Of a stretch of 43,310 nt of DNA, positions 19,030-27,877 are shown in pieces. The DNA is from Actinomycetota bacterium (GTDB taxonomy: Bacteria > Actinomycetota > UBA4738 > HRBIN12). Both the position numbers and the translations under genes were made by a program. The stretch lies in the NCBI GenBank assembly GCA_050998695.1, contig JBPCPX010000157.1:1-43310 (forward strand), written 5' to 3'. Numbering within the stretch: the stretch's first letter is position 1; each line of letters starts with the position of its first letter. The notes under the pieces are model-generated. The model worked only from the letters and a program-made list of their open reading frames with translations. It was not told the origin of the DNA and made no database searches.

Positions 19030-19329
19030 ATGCAGCTCCAGATCACGCCGACGAACGAGGGGTTCCGCCTCGAGGGCGAGCTCGACATGGCGACCGCGGA
19101 CGATCTCAGTCAGCTGCTCAAGGTCGCGGTCCTCGAGTGCCGCCCCCTCGTGCTCGACTTCTCGGGAGTCTCGTTCATGGACAGCAGCGGTCTGCGTGCA
19201 CTCCTCGAGGCCGCGGGCCAGACCGAAGAGGGCGGCTCGGTGATCGTACTCAACCCGTCGTCGCAGGTACGCCGCGTGCTGGACATCAGCATCCCCGGCG
19301 GTACGCCGGGGCTCGAGGTCCGCGGATGA
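19030..19329 (+). CDS. STAS-domain anti-sigma-factor antagonist
   Basis: LEGELDMATA, LVLDFSGVSFMDSSGLRALL. Confidence 0.92.
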   Translation: MQLQITPTNEGFRLEGELDMATADDLSQLLKVAVLECRPLVLDFSGVSFMDSSGLRALLEAAGQTEEGGSVIVLNPSSQVRRVLDISIPGGTPGLEVRG

Positions 19330-19805
19330 CGCTGGGAACAGAGGCCCCTCCGGACACCGGACGCAAGCGTCGGAAACCGACCCTGGCCCAACGCCTCAAG
19401 GCGCATCGTGAGGAGCGAGGGATCAGTCAGTCACAGGCCGCTCGAGAGCTCGACGTCGCCAGGACCGCCTACCGCCTGTGGGAGCTGGAGGCGGCGCATC
19501 CCTCACCGGATCGCTGGCGCCTGGTCGCACGATGGCTGAACGTCTCGATGACGACACTGCTGCTCGCGGAGGGTCTGATCTCGGAAGAGGAAGGTCGTCA
19601 CTCAGACCTAGCGTCGGCCAGGTTCGAGGCCGCGACGGGCGAGCCGTCAGCGTTGGCGGCCGATCACGAAGCGCGTGACTTCTTCCGTCAAGCCCAATCT
19701 CTGATCGATCGGAGCCTCGAGCGGGGCATCATCAGCGCCGACGAAGCCGGCACCTTCCGGGACATGTTCGGGCGGATCCAGATCGGTCTGAGCAAGGACA
19801 GCTAG
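19326..19805 (+). CDS. XRE-family HTH transcriptional regulator
   Basis: RLKAHREERGISQSQAARELDVARTAYRLWE; ATGA overlap with the STAS gene. Confidence 0.85.
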   Translation: MTLGTEAPPDTGRKRRKPTLAQRLKAHREERGISQSQAARELDVARTAYRLWELEAAHPSPDRWRLVARWLNVSMTTLLLAEGLISEEEGRHSDLASARFEAATGEPSALAADHEARDFFRQAQSLIDRSLERGIISADEAGTFRDMFGRIQIGLSKDS

Positions 19806-20803
19806 TCCGGCCCGGCGTCTCCCGAGGACTCCACGACGTGCTCCGGCGTGTGGTGCACCGCCGGGACGCTCCCCAGTCGCCCAGCTTGGTAGTCCTCGAA
19901 CGCCTGCGCGAGCTCGTCGCGGCTGTTCATCACGAACGGTCCGTACCACTCGACGGGCTCCCGTATGGGCCGGCCGCCGAGCACCAACACCTCCAGGACG
20001 GGCGTCCGCGAGTCCTGAGAGGCGGCCGCGTCGAGCCGAACGACGTCCCCGGCGCCGAAGACGGCCAGCTGGCCCGTCGCGATCGGCCGACGATCGTCGC
20101 CGACGGACCCCGCGCCCGACAACACGTACGCGAGCGCGTTGAACTCGGGCCGCCACGGAAGATCGAGCCGCGAGCCCGGCGACACGGTCGCGTGCACCAT
20201 GGTCATCGGCGTGTAGGTCTGACCGGGGCCGGTCTGGCCCGCGAGGTCGCCGGCGATGACCCGGACCAGCGCCCCCGCGTCCGATGACGCCAGCAACGTG
20301 ACCTCGCTCCCCCGGAGATCCTGGTACCGCGGAGGGGTCCACTTCTCGGCCTTGGGCAGATTGACCCAGAGCTGGATCCCGTGGAACAGGCCTCCGCTGG
20401 CGACCAGGTGCTCCGGTGGTTTCTCGATATGGAGGATCCCGGCGCCCGCGGTCATCCATTGGGTGTCCCCGTTGGTGATCACGCCGCCTCCACCGTTCGA
20501 GTCCTGATGCTCGAAGATCCCGTCCAGCATGTACGTGACGGTCTCGAAGCCTCGGTGCGGGTGCCACGGCGTACCCTTGGGCTCGCCGGGGGCGTACTCC
20601 ACCTCGCCCATCTGATCCATGTGGATGAACGGGTCGAGGTCGGTGAGATCGACGCCGGCGAACGCCCTTCGGACCGGGAACCCTTCACCCTCGAAGCCAC
20701 CTGGCGCGGCGACGACGGCTCGAACAGGACGGATCGAGGCCGCCTCCCCGACCCGGGAGAGCCGCTTCAGCTCGGTGACGTCGTCGACCGTGATCGCAGG
20801 CAT
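19802..20803 (-). CDS. Pirin family protein
   Basis: DPFIHMDQ, HPHRGFETVTY, QWMTAGAGILH.E, QLWVNLP, GPFVMN. Confidence 0.95.
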   Translation of the reverse strand: MPAITVDDVTELKRLSRVGEAASIRPVRAVVAAPGGFEGEGFPVRRAFAGVDLTDLDPFIHMDQMGEVEYAPGEPKGTPWHPHRGFETVTYMLDGIFEHQDSNGGGGVITNGDTQWMTAGAGILHIEKPPEHLVASGGLFHGIQLWVNLPKAEKWTPPRYQDLRGSEVTLLASSDAGALVRVIAGDLAGQTGPGQTYTPMTMVHATVSPGSRLDLPWRPEFNALAYVLSGAGSVGDDRRPIATGQLAVFGAGDVVRLDAAASQDSRTPVLEVLVLGGRPIREPVEWYGPFVMNSRDELAQAFEDYQAGRLGSVPAVHHTPEHVVESSGDAGPD

Positions 20804-20887
20804 GTCTTCCTCTCGAACGCGTGGGTGAGACGAGCCTATTCCTCGGCGCGGGCGCGGAGGCGGCCCGAGGCGCTAGATTGGGCAGCC

Positions 20888-21082
20888 GTGCAGGGGTCGG
20901 GTGTCTACCGGACCGAGTCCGGGATGATCTTCCGAGTGAACGAGGACCCCGATGGGCACCTCACCGTCGGGATCTTGAAGGACTCCGGCTGGGTCGATGC
21001 GAGGGTGGGGGTCGCCGGGCTCCGCGTGGCTCCGACGACCGTGCGCCTCACGGCGAAGCAGATCCTGCGCCTCCCGCGCTAG
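20888..21082 (+). CDS. Small hypothetical protein (64 aa)
   Basis: GTG start with a TAGATT -10 nearby; plausible globular sequence GVYRTESGMIFRVNE; fills the intergenic gap. Confidence 0.6.
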   Translation: MQGSGVYRTESGMIFRVNEDPDGHLTVGILKDSGWVDARVGVAGLRVAPTTVRLTAKQILRLPR

Positions 21083-21083
21083 C

Positions 21084-21281
21084 TCAGTCCGTGAGCGCGG
21101 GCGGCACGATCCCCATCTGCGCCTCGATCTCCTCCGGCGTGGCCACGGGCGGGCCAGGCTCGATCAGACCGGCTTCCCGGTCCCGGCGGCGCTGGGTTCG
21201 GGCGAGACGCCGCTCCTCTGCCGCCTGTGCCTTCTTGGCCTTGACGTCTTTGCGCTGTCGTTTCCCGAACGTTTCCGGCAT
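21084..21281 (-). CDS. Small basic hypothetical protein (65 aa)
   Basis: MPETFGKRQRKDVKAKKAQAAEERRLAR; strong SD (AGGAG). Confidence 0.7.
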   Translation of the reverse strand: MPETFGKRQRKDVKAKKAQAAEERRLARTQRRRDREAGLIEPGPPVATPEEIEAQMGIVPPALTD

Positions 21282-21358
21282 GGTGTCGTCTCCTCTCACC
21301 TCAGCTTACCCGGCGGGGTGCGTTTGCCCCAGACGGCGTGCGGCTAAGGTCTCCACGC

Positions 21359-22000
21359 ATGATCGGATCGATCGAGTCACGCTTGCCTCAGCGATCGATC
21401 GTGGCTATCGACCTTCTCGTCGTGCTGTGGACGATCGCGTGGCTCGTTCTCGGGATCGCCGTCGGCACCTTCGTCGAACGACTGAGCGCCGTCGGCGAGG
21501 GGCTGGAGGACGCGGGGCAGGCGATCGGGCGCGCGGGTGATGCCGTCGACACGTTGTCGGACGTGCCACTCATGGGCGAGGGGTTCTCGACGGTCGCACA
21601 GGAGATCCGAGGGATCGGACGCGAGACCGCACAGAATGGGCGCTCTGTCGAAGACGACGTGGACAGCCTGGCGGTGCTGATCGGCGCCGGTCTCGCGCTC
21701 GGACCGACGCTGCCGATCCTCGCTCTGTGGGTGCCGCCGCGCGTGTCACGCGAGCGCGAGCGACGGGCTATCCGGAAGTCGCTCGAGAGCGACGACCGGG
21801 TCGCCCTCGCCTACCTCGCCAACCGTGCGGTTGCGACCCGGCTCTTCCGCGAGCTGCAGAAGGCGAGCGACGATCCCGTCGCCGACCTCACGGCCGGCCG
21901 GTACGAAGCCCTCGCGGCGCTCGAGATGGACCACTTGTCCCTGGGGTCGTTCCGTCGACGAGCGTTGCCCACGGACACGCCGGACTCATTCGCTCGCTGA
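21359..22000 (+). CDS. Conserved two-TM actinobacterial membrane protein
   Basis: DLLVVLW..W N-terminal TM, helical linker DVPLMG, second TM, LANRA..ALAALE. Confidence 0.75.
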   Translation: MIGSIESRLPQRSIVAIDLLVVLWTIAWLVLGIAVGTFVERLSAVGEGLEDAGQAIGRAGDAVDTLSDVPLMGEGFSTVAQEIRGIGRETAQNGRSVEDDVDSLAVLIGAGLALGPTLPILALWVPPRVSRERERRAIRKSLESDDRVALAYLANRAVATRLFRELQKASDDPVADLTAGRYEALAALEMDHLSLGSFRRRALPTDTPDSFAR

Positions 22001-22648
22001 GGAGCGATCCTCGATCTCCCACGCGTGATCGAGGACATGCCACGCTGCCCTGCGAACGAAGTAGGGGGCCGACCACCGCCTCCCGCCGCGAGGACCCGCG
22101 GGGATCCCCTCGGTGACGGCGCCTTCGAGGCTCGAGAGAACGAGTGCCCGCTCCTCGTCGCGGGTGGCGTCGTCGACGCCTTTCGTGTCGGCGCCGATCA
22201 TGCGCGCGTAGCTCGCCTCCGCCCCGACGACGTGCGCGACGATCGCAGCCACCTCCCGGCCGCCACCACGTGGCCCCTTCTCCAACGGTCCGGTGACGTT
22301 CTCCGCCGCGCGGTCGAACGCCTTCCAGCACGCCCGAAGGATCTTCTCCTGGCGAGCGGCCCATCGCCGGTCGATCGATCTGGCGTCGGCCTTCGGCGCG
22401 ATCGAGGGAGCGCCGAAGTCGGTGGTGGCGTCACCCTTCAGCCGTTCCACGATCTCGAACGTCGATGTCTTCGCGGGCGGCGTGAATCGGACCGAGCCCT
22501 TCAGGACACCGGTGTACCGGGGTCCATAGGCGAGGAGTGCCTCGAGCGCCTCCTCCTCGTGCCGCGCGCTGCGAGACCATCCCGGCCAGTCGAGAGCCCC
22601 CGCGAACACACGCTTGGCCCCGACCTCCAGATAGATCTCGACGGGCAT
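21986..22648 (-). CDS. Hypothetical protein with a DinB-like C-terminal His motif
   Basis: ALDWPGWSRS, ATTDFGAP, HVVGAE, RRAAWHVLDHAWEIED; leaderless TAACCT -10. Confidence 0.75.
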   Translation of the reverse strand: MPVEIYLEVGAKRVFAGALDWPGWSRSARHEEEALEALLAYGPRYTGVLKGSVRFTPPAKTSTFEIVERLKGDATTDFGAPSIAPKADARSIDRRWAARQEKILRACWKAFDRAAENVTGPLEKGPRGGGREVAAIVAHVVGAEASYARMIGADTKGVDDATRDEERALVLSSLEGAVTEGIPAGPRGGRRWSAPYFVRRAAWHVLDHAWEIEDRSSASE

Positions 22649-22657
22649 CCGCCGAGG

Positions 22658-22873
22658 TTACGACCCCTCGAGCTGCCCGCCGACGTACTTCGCCTGCCCG
22701 TTCCCCTCGTAGAGGTACTCCACGACCTCGTCGAGCCCAGGCTGATCGGGATCGGTGTCGTCTTCGATGTCGGGCCGTTCCGGCCAGTAGACCGGATGGT
22801 CCTCCTCGAGCTTGTCCTCCGAGATCTCTTCCTCGCGGCCGTCCAGCGGTCCGCCGACGAACTTCACCTTCAT
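22658..22873 (-). CDS. Small acidic hypothetical protein (71 aa)
   Basis: MKVKFVGGPLDG..YLYEG; SD GAGGAGG upstream. Confidence 0.75.
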   Translation of the reverse strand: MKVKFVGGPLDGREEEISEDKLEEDHPVYWPERPDIEDDTDPDQPGLDEVVEYLYEGNGQAKYVGGQLEGS

Positions 22874-22890
22874 CGGATCCACGACCTCCT

Positions 22891-23040
22891 CTACTCGGCC
22901 ATGCAGTCGGGGTGACCGCACAGGCAGGGCTGCGGTTCGGCCCGCGAGCCGGCCGCCGCGACGCTCCTGCAATGGTCCGAACAGTAGGCGCCCGACTCCG
23001 TCACCTGGCACCGGCAGGGATCGTGTGCGCATTTCTCCAT
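22891..23040 (-). CDS. Prokaryotic metallothionein (SmtA/BmtA-like), 49 aa
   Basis: Hand translation: MEKCAHDPCRCQVTESGAYCSDHCRSVAAAGSRAEPQPCLCGHPDCMAE*; 8 Cys and 3 His; SD GGAGGTGA; below the ORF-track size cutoff. Confidence 0.85.
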   Translation of the reverse strand: MEKCAHDPCRCQVTESGAYCSDHCRSVAAAGSRAEPQPCLCGHPDCMAE

Positions 23041-23084
23041 CTTCGATCACCTCCGGCAGCCCCATACCCGCCACGGCCCGAACC

Positions 23085-24395
23085 CTACCGCGGCAGTCCG
23101 AAAGAGATCGTCGTGCCCGCCTCGCTGCTCTCGGCACGGATGTCACCACCGTGTGCCTCGACGAGTGACTTCGCGATCGCGAGCCCGAGCCCGGCGCCGG
23201 GTGAGTCGGGAGCGCGCGAGAAGCGATCGAACACGTGCTGCAACTGCCCCTGCGCGATCCCCGACCCGGTGTCGGCGATCGAGAACTCGATGCCGTTGTC
23301 CGTCGCGGCAGCGGTTACGGTCACCTCGCCTCCGCGGGGCGTGTGACGGAGCGCGTTCGAAAGGAGATTGTTGAGCACCTCGTGGATACGCAGCCGATCT
23401 ACGTCGATGTCGGGAAGGGTGTCGGCGCGTCCCTCGAGTCGCACGCCCTTCTCGCTCGCCTGCGCCGAGAACGACCCGACGGCCGCGTCGATCAGGAGTT
23501 GCGGCGCGATCTGCTCGCGATGCAGCGTGAGCGCGCCGGCCTCCGCGGTCGACAACGTCTGCAGATCGTCCAGGAGGCGGGACATCACGGTCGCCTCCTC
23601 GAGGACCCGCTGGAGCTGGACCTCGTCCATCGGATACAGCCCGTCGAGGATGGCTTCGAGGTTCGCCCGGATCACCGACAACGGCGTCCGCAGCTCGTGC
23701 GCGACGTCGGCGAGGAGCTGTCGCCGCCGAGCCTCGTTCGTGCCGAGCCGTTCGGTCATCTCGTTGAAGGCTCGTCCAAGTCGCCGGGCTTCCCCCGATC
23801 CGCGCTCCTTGACGCGCGTCTCGTAGTCGCCGGCGGCGACGCGATCGGCGGCCTCCATCACGTCGTGCCCTCGGGTGAAGACTCGCCCCGGTTCGCGCGT
23901 GAGCGTCGCGAGAAGCTGGAACTCGGTCGGTGTGAGCTCGACCGGTCGTCCGCCCGCCGTGACCCGCATCCGTTGCGGATCGATCTCCACGTCGGCGACG
24001 CGGATCGGCTGCTCTCGCAGCATCTCGGCCGTCGAGCTCCTCCGCAGGACAGCGCGGACCCGTGCCACCAGCTCCTTGGGACTGAACGGCTTCACCACGT
24101 AGTCGTCGGCACCGAGCTCGAGCCCGACGATCCGGTCGGTCTCCTCCCCGCGGGCCGTGAGCATCACGATCGGGACCCGCGAGGAGCCCCGGAGCTCCCT
24201 CGCGACGTCGAGGCCGTCGACGCCGGGGAGCCCGAGGTCGAGCACGACGATGTCGGGCTTCGACCCTCGAGCGCTCGCCAGGGCGGCCTCGCCGTCGGAG
24301 GCCACGATCACGTCGAACCCAGCGTCGATCAGGTAGTCGCGGACGACCCGCGCGATCTTCATCTCGTCCTCGACGACGAGCACCTGCTTCATCAT
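23085..24395 (-). CDS. In-frame fusion of an OmpR-type response regulator (truncated wHTH) and a BaeS-like HAMP-HisKA-HATPase kinase lacking TM/sensor region
   Basis: VLVVEDE..DLGLP..KPF; LTPTEF.LL..PGRVFTRG then abruptly HDVMEAADRVAAGDY (HAMP), HELRTPL, NLLSNALRHT, DTGSGI, GLGLAI. Confidence 0.8.
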   Translation of the reverse strand: MMKQVLVVEDEMKIARVVRDYLIDAGFDVIVASDGEAALASARGSKPDIVVLDLGLPGVDGLDVARELRGSSRVPIVMLTARGEETDRIVGLELGADDYVVKPFSPKELVARVRAVLRRSSTAEMLREQPIRVADVEIDPQRMRVTAGGRPVELTPTEFQLLATLTREPGRVFTRGHDVMEAADRVAAGDYETRVKERGSGEARRLGRAFNEMTERLGTNEARRRQLLADVAHELRTPLSVIRANLEAILDGLYPMDEVQLQRVLEEATVMSRLLDDLQTLSTAEAGALTLHREQIAPQLLIDAAVGSFSAQASEKGVRLEGRADTLPDIDVDRLRIHEVLNNLLSNALRHTPRGGEVTVTAAATDNGIEFSIADTGSGIAQGQLQHVFDRFSRAPDSPGAGLGLAIAKSLVEAHGGDIRAESSEAGTTISFGLPR

Positions 24396-24402
24396 GAGCG
24401 CG

Positions 24403-24435
24403 ACTCTACGCCGGGCTCGTGAAGAGCCCGTGAAG
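24403..24435 (-). promoter_or_regulatory. OmpR-type tandem boxes and -10 upstream of the RR gene
   Basis: GTGAAG-N5-GTGAAG (24419-24435, 11-bp period, + strand) and TAGAGT -10 located 7 nt before ATG 24395. Confidence 0.6.
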
Positions 24436-24451
24436 GACGAACGAGGGCTCG

Positions 24452-26305
24452 TTAGAGCCGCCGAATCGTCGCAGCGACCGCGAGATGATCCGACACGTGG
24501 CTGGGGTCTACCCCCACATCGGTCGCGGTCAGTCCCGGCCCGACCAGGATGTGATCGAACGTCTTGCCCTCTTCGGGGAACGTGGGAGCCCGTTCCCCGG
24601 TCAGGTCCTGCACGGAGGCGAGCCCGAACTCCTGGAACAACTCGAGCTCGGGCGATCGGAGCGGGGCGTTCAGGTCGCCCGCCACGATTGTGTCGGTCGG
24701 ATCGTCGATCGCCTGCAGCAGGGCCTCGATCTCGGCGACCCGGAACCGAGGGTCCCTGTCCGCGTCGAGATGGGTCGCGATGACGCGCAGTGGGTCGCCG
24801 CCGAAGTCGGCGAAGGTCACGAAGAGGTAGCTCCGCTCATGCGGGCTGCTCCCCCGAGGCAACACCCCTTGACGCGACGCCTCGACTTCCAGCGAGGGTC
24901 GATACAGGATCGCATTCCCGAAGCGGTCGTCCAAGGAGGGGAGGAAGACAGAACGCATCCCCAGTCTCCACGAGAGCCACCCGACCACATCGGTCATGCC
25001 CCCCGTGGGCCAGCCTGGGCTGGCTTCCTGGAGAACGACGATCGATGCCTGCTGTCGTTCGATCGTCCGGGCGATGGTCTCGAGGACGACCTGGCCATCG
25101 TCGTTGACGGCCGAATGGATGTTGTAGTCGACGAGCCTCACGGCGCCGGGAAGGCGTCCCGGGGTCGCGGTCGCCGGTGTCGCCAGCCAAGACCCTATCG
25201 GCACCGCGAGAAGCCCGATCGCACCGAGTGCGAAGACTCCCCCGCGCGGTACCGGATCCCGCGACGTCCGGCGCGACCCCGCGAGCGCCAACACCACGAG
25301 GACGACCGCCGCGGCATCGAGCAGATACGCGGCGGAGAACGGCAGGGGCCGGTCCTTCTGGTAGCCGATCACGAGGAGCGCGAACAACGCAGCTCCGCCG
25401 GCGTCAGCGAGCATCTCCTGGAGCGCGCCGGGACGCGTCTCCGGCCTGAGGGCCAGTACAAGCGTCGCGGCGGAGCCGCACGCGGCGAGGGCGATGGGGA
25501 ACAAGATCCCAGGCCCGGGTTCGACTCGGAGCCCGATGACACCCAGCAAGCCCACGCCCACAAGGAGGATGCCTCGCCATCGGTCGAGGGCGCCAACGGC
25601 CGCGATCGTGACAGCGTCGACGATCATGATCACGGCCACGGCCGTGGCGAGCCCCGTCCCTGACCGGGAGGCCACCAGCGCAGGATTTTGTAGGTAGGTC
25701 GCGTGCAGGAAGAGGAACGGTCCGAGGGCGATCAGGCCGAGCGGTGACACGGGTGTGGTGTCCGTGGGGGGTGTGCGCCACGCCAGGATCGGCGCCGCCG
25801 CGCCGGACATGAAAGCGACGAGGAACGGGAGCGCTCCCTCCTGCCATACCGGGTCCCACGTGCGGAAGGCACCCTGAAGGGCAACGTCGAGCGCGAAACC
25901 GAGTAGGAGTCCTTGGACCACAGCGGGAGGTTGCCCGACAGCGAGCACGATGACGAGCATGGCCATCAGCGCGAAGACCGTCGTCAGTGCTGCGAGCCAG
26001 AGCGGGATCGTCCCCACGAGCTGAAGAGCGACGCGCCCCGTCGCCAACATCGCGACCGTGATGAAGACGGCGCGACGATCCCCCAGAGATCGGCGCAGGA
26101 TCGGAGCGAGGAGAGGTCCGAGGCTGATGATCGCCACCGTCAGGATCCCGATCCGAGCGTACCCCGTCTCCTCCAACAGCTCGAAGACGATCGGGAAGAG
26201 CACGCGGAGGACCTGGAGTCCGAGGGCGAACACCACCGCCAGGAGCGCCACTCCCACGTCCCAACTATGGGTGATGCGGGTACGACCCGTCACTCTGGGG
26301 AACAA
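24452..26305 (-). CDS. Multi-TM membrane protein with a C-terminal endonuclease/exonuclease/phosphatase domain (CWH43/PGAP2IP-like architecture)
   Basis: More than 10 hydrophobic segments, then YNIH, LQE, GNAIL, THL, GDLN, DHI, SDH. Start approximate. Confidence 0.85.
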   Translation of the reverse strand: MFPRVTGRTRITHSWDVGVALLAVVFALGLQVLRVLFPIVFELLEETGYARIGILTVAIISLGPLLAPILRRSLGDRRAVFITVAMLATGRVALQLVGTIPLWLAALTTVFALMAMLVIVLAVGQPPAVVQGLLLGFALDVALQGAFRTWDPVWQEGALPFLVAFMSGAAAPILAWRTPPTDTTPVSPLGLIALGPFLFLHATYLQNPALVASRSGTGLATAVAVIMIVDAVTIAAVGALDRWRGILLVGVGLLGVIGLRVEPGPGILFPIALAACGSAATLVLALRPETRPGALQEMLADAGGAALFALLVIGYQKDRPLPFSAAYLLDAAAVVLVVLALAGSRRTSRDPVPRGGVFALGAIGLLAVPIGSWLATPATATPGRLPGAVRLVDYNIHSAVNDDGQVVLETIARTIERQQASIVVLQEASPGWPTGGMTDVVGWLSWRLGMRSVFLPSLDDRFGNAILYRPSLEVEASRQGVLPRGSSPHERSYLFVTFADFGGDPLRVIATHLDADRDPRFRVAEIEALLQAIDDPTDTIVAGDLNAPLRSPELELFQEFGLASVQDLTGERAPTFPEEGKTFDHILVGPGLTATDVGVDPSHVSDHLAVAATIRRL

Positions 26306-26358
26306 TGCGTGAGCCAGGCCCGACCGATGGTCAAGCCTGGCTCACGCGCCGGAGCCGG

Positions 26359-26712
26359 TCAGGCCGGTTCGCCACCGGCGCTCTCCCCGCCGATCCTTCC
26401 CTCTTCCTTGGCCTCGTGCTGCTGGCGGTGCCAGTCCTCGAACCCATGCTCCCAGCGACCGTGGCCGGCGTGGCCGTGGTCGCCGTGGCGGCGCCACATC
26501 GCCCCCTTGAAGGCGAATAGCGCCAGGAAGATCAGCGGGAAGAACGGGAAGAACCCGAAACCGCCGTGGCCGCCCACATACCGAACGACCTCGACGGCCT
26601 TGCCGCTCTGGTCGATCCCGTCGCTCACGCCCCAGTTGTAGGCGCCGATCCCGACCCCCACCAGTAGCAGGACCACCAGGATCGCGGCGCCCAATCCGAA
26701 CCCGCGTCGCAT
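26359..26712 (-). CDS. Small two-TM His/Gly-rich membrane protein of the type seen upstream of actinobacterial two-component systems
   Basis: MRRGFGLGAAILVVLLLVGVGIGAYNWG..GFGFFPFFP..HGDHGHAGHG..FEDWHRQQH; SD GGAGG. Confidence 0.8.
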   Translation of the reverse strand: MRRGFGLGAAILVVLLLVGVGIGAYNWGVSDGIDQSGKAVEVVRYVGGHGGFGFFPFFPLIFLALFAFKGAMWRRHGDHGHAGHGRWEHGFEDWHRQQHEAKEEGRIGGESAGGEPA

Positions 26713-26771
26713 CTCGAACCTCCTTGCCGGATGGGTCCCTCCCATCCCTGGCATCAGACTCGCGCCGCGGT

Positions 26772-26788
26772 GTGAAGGAGTCATGAAT
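26772..26788 (-). promoter_or_regulatory. Second copy of the putative RR-binding tandem box
   Basis: GTGAAG-N5-ATGAAT (+ strand), same 11-bp period as at 24419. Confidence 0.5.
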
Positions 26789-26819
26789 GTCTCGCGGAGG
26801 GTTCGCGTAGGCTCCGCCC

Positions 26820-27356
26820 ATGCTCGAGGGCGATCGCGTCGTGCTGCGTCCGATCCAGGCGTGGGATCGCGAACGTCTCTACGAGCTCGTCCAGACGATC
26901 GAGGTCCGCGCGCTCTCCCACACCGATACTCCGCTCCCCGTCTCGCTTGAGGAGATCGAGGCACGCGACCGGCGATGGAACGAGGAACGCCACACCGATT
27001 CCGCGTGGTTCGCGATCGACGTGGAGGCCGAGACGATCGGCATGTGCGGCCTGCACGAGATCGACCACTACCACCAGCGGGCGGACGTCGGGATCAGGAT
27101 CGGCAAGCCTTACTGGGGGCGAGGCCACGGGCAAGACGCCGTCCGGACGTTGGTCGAGTACGGCTTCTCGCAGCTCAACCTCGCCAAGATCTCGCTGCAG
27201 GTCCTGGCCGATGACGAACGCGCGGTCGGCGCCTACCGGAAGGCCGGCTTCGTCGAAGAAGGCCGCCTGCGCGATCACACGTGGTACGACGGTGCCCGGC
27301 GCGACGAACTCGTGATGGCGGTGCGGCGGGAGGACTGGAAGCCCGCCTCGCTCTAG
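26820..27356 (+). CDS. GNAT acetyltransferase (RimJ/RimL type)
   Basis: RVVLRP, YWGRGHG, GF..LNL.KI.L, N/D.RA..AY.KAGF..EG.LR. Confidence 0.9.
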   Translation: MLEGDRVVLRPIQAWDRERLYELVQTIEVRALSHTDTPLPVSLEEIEARDRRWNEERHTDSAWFAIDVEAETIGMCGLHEIDHYHQRADVGIRIGKPYWGRGHGQDAVRTLVEYGFSQLNLAKISLQVLADDERAVGAYRKAGFVEEGRLRDHTWYDGARRDELVMAVRREDWKPASL

Positions 27357-27877
27357 ATGTCGATCGAGTAGCGGACCACCGGCTCGTTCGCGCAGTCGAA
27401 CATGTGCGTGCCGACCGAGCCGTCCCATCGCCAGCCGGCCTTCTCGTAGAAGCGGCGGGCGAGCACGTTCGCTTCGAGCACCCACAGGGTCGCCATGGCG
27501 AAACCCGCGTCCCGCAGAGCGAGCGTCGCGGCCTCGAAGAGCTCGCGGCCCACGCCGGTGGCGAGCACCGCCGGATGGACGTAGATCGCCGGGACCTCGC
27601 CCGTCCGCTCCGGGACGTCCTCGTCCCGGCTCGGGCCGAACGACGCGAACCCCACGATCCGGCCATCGACCTCGGCGACGAACGCGCCGCTCTTCGGCTC
27701 AGGATCGACGAACGCACCCAGCCACATCGCCTCGCCATCGTCGACCGACAGGCGCTCGAGGTAGTCGTCGGGCAACAGTCCTCGATAGGTGTGCCGCCAC
27801 GACGCCACGTGCACCTCTGCGACCGGCCGCGCGTCCTCCGGCCTTGCGGTGCGAACGAGGGCGGTCGCCGGCTTCAT
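27353..27877 (-). CDS. GNAT acetyltransferase
   Basis: HVASWRHTYRGLLP, IVGFA, AIYVHP..TGVG, LWVLEAN..ARRFYEKAGW. Confidence 0.9.
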   Translation of the reverse strand: MKPATALVRTARPEDARPVAEVHVASWRHTYRGLLPDDYLERLSVDDGEAMWLGAFVDPEPKSGAFVAEVDGRIVGFASFGPSRDEDVPERTGEVPAIYVHPAVLATGVGRELFEAATLALRDAGFAMATLWVLEANVLARRFYEKAGWRWDGSVGTHMFDCANEPVVRYSIDI

